DNA of 64,000 nt, from NCBI GenBank assembly GCA_000993205.1, contig LBVU01000004.1, forward strand, positions 208,030-272,029, read 5' to 3'. The notes beneath the pieces are model-generated. The model was not told the DNA's origin, searched no databases, and saw only the letters and a program-made list of their open reading frames with translations. This document shows, piece after piece, positions 57,665-64,000 of the stretch. The translations under genes and the position numbers were made by a program. The stretch comes from Candidatus Woesebacteria bacterium GW2011_GWB1_39_10 (GTDB lineage: Bacteria > Patescibacteriota > Microgenomatia > UBA8517). Each line of letters begins with the position of its first letter. The stretch's first letter is position 1.

Positions 57665-57993
57665 AATTTCTCAAAATATTCTTTTACAATACTAACAAAT
57701 TTTTCCCGTCTTGTAGAATCCAATATTTCCATGCTGTCGTTTCCAAGTCTTGAACGAATATTTAATACAGCCGTTGTATCGATGATTTTATCTTCTAAGT
57801 TTAATCCTCCACCCCAAATGTTGTCCTGTTTTCCACCCTTTTCGAGAAGAATTTTTTCCCCATCTGCATGAAGTTCGCAACCAACTATGATTTTTTTATT
57901 TTCTAGATCCGCTGTTATTTTTACATAATTCCCAAATTCTTTTTTAATATTCTCAATCTCGGTTTTAGAAAGAACCTTGTCCATATATTTCAT
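57655..57993 (-). CDS. DUF5674-like protein
   Basis: VK...D.....I.VG.ELHAD.E..LL..G..Q.NIWG...NIR...GN.SMEI.D pattern. Confidence 0.7.
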   Translation of the reverse strand: MKYMDKVLSKTEIENIKKEFGNYVKITADLENKKIIVGCELHADGEKILLEKGGKQDNIWGGGLNLEDKIIDTTAVLNIRSRLGNDSMEILDSTRREKFVSIVKEYFEKLWH

Positions 57994-58119
57994 ATTTAGT
58001 TGAAGTATATGAGAAATTGAAAGGAATTTAAAGGATGTTAAAAAACTATTACCATGGGAAGAATCAAACTACCTACTTGCGCAGTATATGGGTTTTTAAA
58101 AGAAATTTAAAGAGGTTTG

Positions 58120-58163
58120 TTGACATCTATCCGATTAATCGATTATTCGGATAGATATGTCAA
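58120..58163. repeat. Long intergenic hairpin downstream of secA
   Basis: ttgacat-ctatccga-ttaatcgattat-tcggatag-at-atgtcaa. Confidence 0.7.
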
Positions 58164-58189
58164 ATTAACCCTCGAAAAATTGTATCAAA

Positions 58190-60934
58190 CTATTGAGGCA
58201 ACTGAGGATAATGGCACTTTTTCCACTTTTTGCCACTACCGCACCAACAGGGGTCATTGCGGCTCAACTTGCGACTCGATACTTGTGACTCGATACTTGA
58301 TGGGAATGCTTTAGTACCTGATTTAGAAGTTTGATCTGCGTTGCCTGAAAGACCGGTTGTATCGGATTTGTCTAGATTTTCTCGGGCTAAGTTAAGTGGA
58401 ATTTCGGACTGGGGTTGCGCGACTCCAATACGGAAAATTCTGTGAGAAAGCTCTTCGTCTACCCTGTCAATTAATCTTTCAAAAAGATTGAAGGCTTCAT
58501 TTTTAAATTCGACTAAGGGGTCGCGCTGTCCGTAGGCCCTAAGTGTCACGCCTTCTCTAAGGTCGTCAATGTGGTCAATATGGTCCATCCACAAGTGGTC
58601 AATTGCACCAAGGTAGGCATACTTTTCCACCTCGCGCATAACTTTTTCCCCTAAATCTTTTTCCCTTTTTCCGTAAACATCAGTTAAAATCTGAAGCATA
58701 AACTCATTGATTTTTGCCTGCCCGCCAATGCTTTGCTCAGGCGCATGCAGGTGGGATATTTGATTTTTGATATTTCTTAACGATGCATCGTCAAAAGGAA
58801 TTATGTCCGCAAAACCCACAGCCAGCTGATCTGCATCCAGTTTTTCATCCGCCTGAGAGGTGGCGAGAAGGATGTTTTTTTCGATTTGATGTTTAAGTTT
58901 TTCGACCACTTCATCTTTAACGTCGGTAGAGTCGAGAATTCTCCTTCTTAATTTATAGACAATCTCTCTTTGTTGGTTTGCAACATCATCGTATTCTACA
59001 AGACGTTTACGGATATCAAAATGAAATCCTTCGACTTTCACCTGCGCCTGCTCAATTGCACGCCCAATTAGCGAATTTTCAATTGGTTGATCTTCAGGAA
59101 GGTTAAGCCTGTCCATAATTCCACTAATTTGTTCCCCGCCAAATATGCGCATTAGGTCGTCTTCCAGTGAAAGATAAAAACGAGAAGAACCCGGGTCGCC
59201 CTGACGTCCTGCCCGACCGCGCAACTGATTGTCTACACGACGGGCTTCATGGCGTTCGGTGCCAATTACATGCAAACCACCCGCACTAACCACTTTTTCG
59301 TGTAGATCCTTCCACATTTTGTATTCCTTAGATGATTCGTACTTTTCATTTGTCTCCCCCGCCTTTCTGTCCGGTTGCGCGCCTCCTAAAACTATGTCGA
59401 CACCTCGTCCTGCCATGTTTGTGGCAACTGTTACCCCACCTGGTTTACCGGCTCCTGCAATTATTTCTGCCTCTTTTTCGTGATTTTTGGCATTTAAAAC
59501 ATTGTGGGGAATCTTTTTTCTTTTTAGATATTCTGAAACAATTTCGTTTTTCTCGATCGAGGTGGTTCCCACAAGAACCGGCTGGCCATTTTTATAGCAT
59601 TCCGAAATTTCTTCAACCATGGCTCCATACTTTCCACGCAGGGTTTTGAAAATCTGGTCGGGTTTATCTTTCCTGACCATTGGCATGTGTGTAGGAATAG
59701 CTATGACCTCCAGTTTGTAAATCTTTCTAAACTCCTCCGCCTCGGTAGAGGCAGTTCCCGTCATACCAGATAGATGCTCATACATTCTGAAGTAGTTCTG
59801 GAAAGAGATAGTCGCCAAGGTTTTACTTTCTTGTTGAATCGTCACGCTTTCTTTTGCCTCAACTGCCTGGTGAAGTCCGTCGCTCCAGCGCCTGCCAACC
59901 ATAAGTCGGCCCGTAAATTCATCGACAATTGTGACCTGATTGTCTTTTACCACATAATCTTTGTCTTTTAGATAAAGTGTTTTGGCCCTAAGCGCGTTCT
60001 CTATATGATGAATTGAGTCAAAATCTTTCTCATATAAATTATCTATACCGAGTATTTTTTCTACTCGAGTAATTCCTGTCTCCGTTAAGGTCGCGCTCTT
60101 AGCTTTTTCGTCGATCTTAAAATCTGTATCCGGATTTAATTTTTCAACTAAGTGCGCGAATTCGTAATATTTTTTTGTAGGTTCTGTGTCGGGAGCCGAA
60201 ATAATTAGAGGGGTACGGGCTTCGTCGATTAAAATAGAGTCAACTTCGTCCACTATTGCAAAATAATGCCCACGCTGAACCATTTCCGGCAGACTTGATA
60301 CCATGTTATCGCGCAAGTAGTCGAATCCAAACTCATTATTGGTTCCATACAAGATGTCGCATTTGTAGGCATCGCGCCGCTCAGAGATTTTTAAATGGGC
60401 AAGGCGTTCATCGCCGTGACTTGTGTCAGAAAAATCGGGATCATAGACAAAGGATTTTGTTTCTTGGATTATCGAACCGGTTGTTAGTCCCAAAAGATGA
60501 AAAACGGGCCCGTTCCAGCCAGCGTCACGACGTGCCAAATAATCGTTAACGGTTACCAGATGCACTCCGCGGCCGGTGAGAGCGCGAAGATAAAGAGCGG
60601 GAACAGCCGAAAGCGTTTTTCCTTCTCCTGTTTTTTGCTCAGCAACTCGGCCTTCAAATAAAGCAGTAGCGGCAATAAGTTGAACGTCATAGTGGCGTTT
60701 ACCTAAAACACGATAGGTTGCCTCACGCACCAATGCGTACGCCTCAGGTAAAATCGCTATTAGCTCTTCGCCTTTCGCTATTCGCTTTTTGAACTCTTCA
60801 GTTTTCTTTTTAAAATCGGAGTCTTTAAGTTTTTTAGCTTTTGGTTCATAAGAATTTATTTTTTCGACAATCTTTTTAAGCCTATCTACCTCGCGGGCAT
60901 TAAGATCGAGAAGTTTGGAAAATATGTTTAACAC
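58190..60934 (-). CDS. secA: Preprotein translocase ATPase SecA
   Basis: KTGEGKT, VTVNDYLARRD, DEVDSILIDEARTPLIIS, ATNMAGRG, QLRGRAGRQGDPG, RNDPCWCGSGKKWKKCH. Confidence 0.98.
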   Translation of the reverse strand: MLNIFSKLLDLNAREVDRLKKIVEKINSYEPKAKKLKDSDFKKKTEEFKKRIAKGEELIAILPEAYALVREATYRVLGKRHYDVQLIAATALFEGRVAEQKTGEGKTLSAVPALYLRALTGRGVHLVTVNDYLARRDAGWNGPVFHLLGLTTGSIIQETKSFVYDPDFSDTSHGDERLAHLKISERRDAYKCDILYGTNNEFGFDYLRDNMVSSLPEMVQRGHYFAIVDEVDSILIDEARTPLIISAPDTEPTKKYYEFAHLVEKLNPDTDFKIDEKAKSATLTETGITRVEKILGIDNLYEKDFDSIHHIENALRAKTLYLKDKDYVVKDNQVTIVDEFTGRLMVGRRWSDGLHQAVEAKESVTIQQESKTLATISFQNYFRMYEHLSGMTGTASTEAEEFRKIYKLEVIAIPTHMPMVRKDKPDQIFKTLRGKYGAMVEEISECYKNGQPVLVGTTSIEKNEIVSEYLKRKKIPHNVLNAKNHEKEAEIIAGAGKPGGVTVATNMAGRGVDIVLGGAQPDRKAGETNEKYESSKEYKMWKDLHEKVVSAGGLHVIGTERHEARRVDNQLRGRAGRQGDPGSSRFYLSLEDDLMRIFGGEQISGIMDRLNLPEDQPIENSLIGRAIEQAQVKVEGFHFDIRKRLVEYDDVANQQREIVYKLRRRILDSTDVKDEVVEKLKHQIEKNILLATSQADEKLDADQLAVGFADIIPFDDASLRNIKNQISHLHAPEQSIGGQAKINEFMLQILTDVYGKREKDLGEKVMREVEKYAYLGAIDHLWMDHIDHIDDLREGVTLRAYGQRDPLVEFKNEAFNLFERLIDRVDEELSHRIFRIGVAQPQSEIPLNLARENLDKSDTTGLSGNADQTSKSGTKAFPSSIESQVSSRKLSRNDPCWCGSGKKWKKCHYPQLPQ
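58716..58755. repeat. GC-rich palindromic REP-like segment in-frame in secA
   Basis: gcctgcccgccaatgctttgctcaggcgcatgcaggtggg; encodes HLHAPEQSIGGQA. Confidence 0.55.
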
Positions 60935-60979
60935 AGAGTAATTCTAGCAGATTGGACGAATCAATACTAAATCAGGAAA

Positions 60980-61018
60980 AATACTGGTTCGTAGCCTCAT
61001 TCCGATCCCGGATCGGAA
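60980..61018 (+). repeat. REP family B copy 3 (solo)
   Basis: aatactggttcgtagcctca-ttccgatcccggatcggaa; 19-bp core and 13-bp head identical to copy 2. Confidence 0.88.
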
Positions 61019-61019
61019 A

Positions 61020-61991
61020 TTACTTTTCTCCAACTAGAAGCATGGTACTGTCGGGGTAAGGGGCAGGGACCAATTTTCCACTATTGTCTAAACGGTAAAC
61101 CTTAAAATCTCTTGAATAATGAGTATCCCTAAGGTATGGTAAAAGGTAACTTACAGCGTGAACTACTTTCAATCCGAACATCCTAAGAACCTTCTGATAT
61201 TCATTTAGTGTCCAAATTCCAAATTTCTCGGAAAGCTCAACCGGCAAATTTTCCTCAGCATAATGATACTTTGATAGCATCTCATTAGTATCCTGAGAAC
61301 CAATCTTTATAAGAAGGTTGTTTCTTTCAACTTCTCCAAAACTTGGAGCATTCCTAACTGCAAAATTATTTCCATTAAATTTGCCAAACGTAAAATCCAC
61401 ATTTTTTACCGCGCTAAAACCATTTATAAACTTTAAAAATCTATTATATGCAAAGTAGTTAAGTGGTTCTACAAAAAGAGTCTCCGGTTCGGGCATAACT
61501 CCGTCACGAATAATCAGTCTCCCTCCTTTTTTAAAGTTTTTATTATTCGCAACATTGTGTAAAGCCTGAACGACAGTACTGAAGTCAAAACCATTTCCCG
61601 AATATACTTCATGAAGAGCCGACACAAATATTGCCGTATCAAAAGATTTGTCGTAGGCAAAATCGACAGCATCTGCCTGAACAACGTCAATATTTTTTGT
61701 TCCGGAAAAACGTTTTTTGAGCCTTTCTACCATATTGCCGGAAAAATCAATTGGTACAAACTCGCTAGCCGGAAATCTTGCAGTCAAACCTGCCGTAACC
61801 GCGCCCGCCCCCGCGCATATATCCAGTATTCGACCCGGTTTTACAAACGGGGAAATTTCATCAACTTTTGCAGGTCCGCTTTTTTCCATGCTATCAACAT
61901 AAATTTTCTGACCAAAGGTCTGACGCTCACCAAGCCCCACTTGAATAGACATACTATTTAATGTTTCCATTGCCAAGCATGATACACCCAA
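61020..61991 (-). CDS. Class I SAM-dependent methyltransferase (start uncertain)
   Basis: ILDICAGAG, IDFS, QADA, SALHEV, GGRLIIRD. Confidence 0.8.
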   Translation of the reverse strand: MGVSCLAMETLNSMSIQVGLGERQTFGQKIYVDSMEKSGPAKVDEISPFVKPGRILDICAGAGAVTAGLTARFPASEFVPIDFSGNMVERLKKRFSGTKNIDVVQADAVDFAYDKSFDTAIFVSALHEVYSGNGFDFSTVVQALHNVANNKNFKKGGRLIIRDGVMPEPETLFVEPLNYFAYNRFLKFINGFSAVKNVDFTFGKFNGNNFAVRNAPSFGEVERNNLLIKIGSQDTNEMLSKYHYAEENLPVELSEKFGIWTLNEYQKVLRMFGLKVVHAVSYLLPYLRDTHYSRDFKVYRLDNSGKLVPAPYPDSTMLLVGEK

Positions 61992-62032
61992 AACCCTCCA
62001 AAAGCAATACTATAGGAAATAAAATCATGCGC

Positions 62033-62088
62033 AAAAAAAAGGAGAACTCTTTGAAACACCCAGGGGGTGAAGCAAAAAATTCTCCTTT
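62033..62088 (-). terminator. Terminator-like hairpin closing the right-hand island
   Basis: Minus strand aaaggagaa...ttctccttt followed by a T run. Confidence 0.55.
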
Positions 62089-62143
62089 GTACTAACACGT
62101 ACCAAACTTGAGCCTTGAGGGCGTCTTCAGATATCCCTGCAAT

Positions 62144-62923
62144 TTAGGGAGTGAAGAAGCTGCTCTGGCTTCCGCCTGCAATCTTGGTCTGTGAGGTCTT
62201 GATGACGCTCGAGCTCCAGGTGCCGAATGCGCGGCGGCGGCCCGCGGGGGTCTTATCGAACTGCTTGGGATCGGGGAATCCCATCGAATTGGCCAAAACC
62301 GTTTCGTCAACGTCATTCCCCAATGCAATCAGGGTGAATGTTGCGTTTTCGCGTTTTCGACGAATTTCCTCGACAACGGTCTTGACATCCTGCGCTGACG
62401 CATGGCTTGAGTTATCATCCCCGTCCGTAAGCACGGCCACGTTCAGCTTGACACGCATGCCCTGCTGCTTGAGCGTATTCTCGTAATCCACCAAACCAGT
62501 GAGACCGTCAAGAATTGCGTCATAAAGCGCAGTACCACCGTCAGGGTGATAGTCTGTCAACTTTTCCACCAGATCCATGGTCAGGTAACTATGGATAAGG
62601 CGTGAGCGTGTATTGAAAGCCCAAAGGGTCAGAAGGATCTGGTCTGCTTGCTTGCTGCCACGAATGGCGTCAATGTTGTCGTCGTACTCGCGTACAACTT
62701 GGGCTTGGTCGTCATCCATCGACCCACTTTCGTCAAGAATGACAAGGGCCAAGGTGACTTCATCAGCAACATTCAGATCGTTGACATCGGGACCGGCTGC
62801 CCCTGCGACATTTTTTGCACTCAGGTTCTTGACCAGAATGTTTTGAGCTGCCTGGGAAAGGCCGGAGGCGACGATTGACTGCGAGGCCTGAGCCTTACTT
62901 GATTTGACAGTGTTTTTAGACAT
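62144..62923 (-). CDS. vWA (MIDAS) domain protein, TerY-like (start MSKNT)
   Basis: ILDESGSM, GGTALYDA, LTDGDDNSS; SD aaggagg. Confidence 0.88.
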   Translation of the reverse strand: MSKNTVKSSKAQASQSIVASGLSQAAQNILVKNLSAKNVAGAAGPDVNDLNVADEVTLALVILDESGSMDDDQAQVVREYDDNIDAIRGSKQADQILLTLWAFNTRSRLIHSYLTMDLVEKLTDYHPDGGTALYDAILDGLTGLVDYENTLKQQGMRVKLNVAVLTDGDDNSSHASAQDVKTVVEEIRRKRENATFTLIALGNDVDETVLANSMGFPDPKQFDKTPAGRRRAFGTWSSSVIKTSQTKIAGGSQSSFFTP

Positions 62924-62977
62924 TTCATCCTCCTTGTGGATGAGAAAGGTAATAAGAGGCGGAACCAAAACTTAGAA

Positions 62978-63901
62978 CTACTTAAGCGGGTCGGTGCTCT
63001 TGACCACAACTACGCCCTTTTTGACCATTTCGTCGAGCGAAGCTTTGGCAAGCATCGCAAAATCGATGGTGGGGTGCGCGACCGGTGAGGTGCAGTCGAT
63101 CATGAAGTGAAGCTTTTTGATGACATCCGGTTGATTACCGAAATGTTTTACTTCCTGCTTCATTGTTTCGTCCACACAGTGGCTCCAAGCCTCGCCGCCT
63201 TCATTGATCTCATCATAACCGGCCACCATGTCCAGCGCATCGACATCAATAAGAGAGGCTGGGTCTTTGGGGTCGGGAATTTCTGCGCCGAAGATGCCAT
63301 AGTGCTCAACACGTGGGTCAGTACCCTTTGTAATAAACCAGGGTTTTGTCTGACGTGCAGCGGCATGCCAAGCGATCGCTTCAGCAAGCGCCGGGACGAG
63401 CTTTTGGCCATCCGTGCCAACCAGGCAGTGGTACGGCCAAATCATCAGGTTCTTTTTGGCATTCTTTTCCAAAAGATCCACATAACGAACAGACCACGCG
63501 GGATCAACCAAAGCCTGCCATTTACCTGCCCTGATATCTGCCAAGGTAATCGGCGTAAAAGGATCAGGGTGCTTGTGGTTTTCCAGATTCATCCACCATT
63601 CTGGGTGGAAAATCATACGTGAAATGTGGGTGTCGAGACTGGCTGCAATCGTTGTTATCTTGTCCGCATTGCGGTAGATAAACTCAATAATGCGCTGAAT
63701 GTCACCGATTGCGCCCGGAACCGGAAGAGCCCCATCAGGGTGAACAAAGTCACGCTGCGGATCTACCAAAAGTAGAAGCCGACGAAACTTGTCGTCAGTG
63801 GCCGGTTTGAGACCAACTTTTTTACCGAGAGCCTCATGCTTCTTCAGATCCGGGTCATAGTTCTGACCCAAAACCGAAGGGTTTAAAAGTGATGTTGCCA
63901 T
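62978..63901 (-). CDS. Nicotinamidase/isochorismatase-family cysteine hydrolase
   Basis: VDPQRDF, SLDTH, WPYHC, ITKG, SHCV (D-K-C triad plus metal ligands); SD ggag. Confidence 0.85.
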   Translation of the reverse strand: MATSLLNPSVLGQNYDPDLKKHEALGKKVGLKPATDDKFRRLLLLVDPQRDFVHPDGALPVPGAIGDIQRIIEFIYRNADKITTIAASLDTHISRMIFHPEWWMNLENHKHPDPFTPITLADIRAGKWQALVDPAWSVRYVDLLEKNAKKNLMIWPYHCLVGTDGQKLVPALAEAIAWHAAARQTKPWFITKGTDPRVEHYGIFGAEIPDPKDPASLIDVDALDMVAGYDEINEGGEAWSHCVDETMKQEVKHFGNQPDVIKKLHFMIDCTSPVAHPTIDFAMLAKASLDEMVKKGVVVVKSTDPLK

Positions 63902-63910
63902 TTTTTCTCC

Positions 63911-64000
63911 TTACTTCATGGTTATTTGAAGAACTCTATCTTGCTTGCTTGCCAAGATTGAGCCTCCAAAACGAATAAGACTGTCTCCACCATCTACAAA
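63911..64000 (-). CDS. C-terminal 29 aa of an upstream island gene (5' part outside the window)
   Basis: Manual translation FVDGGDSLIRFGGSILASKQDRVLQITMK*; the stop is fused to the SD of the next gene (TAAGGAG). Confidence 0.6.
   Translation of the reverse strand, partial: FVDGGDSLIRFGGSILASKQDRVLQITMK

Noticed and set aside
1..64000. Alternative genetic code (UGA recoding), rRNA/tRNA genes, integron attC array
   Set aside because: Genes end cleanly at TGA, often in ATGA overlaps, and RF2 is present. No tRNA or rRNA signature, integrase or attC consensus was recognised by eye.

Overview
Bacterial chromosomal window that most resembles a Patescibacteria/CPR (Microgenomates-like) genome. This is inferred from gene content, genetic code 11, an RF2 with SPF/GGQ motifs and pervasive -10 boxes directly before start codons. 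About 1-42 kb is a very large surface-glycosylation locus: 11 GT-C-type polytopic membrane glycosyltransferase genes, 8 GT2s (three polyprenol-phosphate-sugar synthase type), a GT4, a Wzx flippase, a GalU-RmlB-RmlC-RmlD block and GalE. About 43-61 kb holds housekeeping genes (ftsEX plus an M23 protein, prfB, tgt, FKBP, secA). Standout observations: (1) two REP-associated tyrosine transposases (RAYT-like), each with its own hairpin family; one carries its hairpin in-frame inside its own CDS, and the other has inverted terminal copies plus a solo copy next to secA; (2) a 7-bladed FG-GAP/integrin-alpha-like surface protein with a (GA)13 tract that looks like a phase-variation switch, and a CFLWWCW tail; (3) two GC-richer, Shine-Dalgarno-led islands (LemA-like lipoprotein operon; nicotinamidase-vWA module); (4) an RmlB fused to a degenerate Nudix domain; (5) a circularly permuted M23 peptidase; (6) palindromes and heptamer arrays lying in-frame in genes including secA. 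No rRNA, tRNA or CRISPR array was seen.
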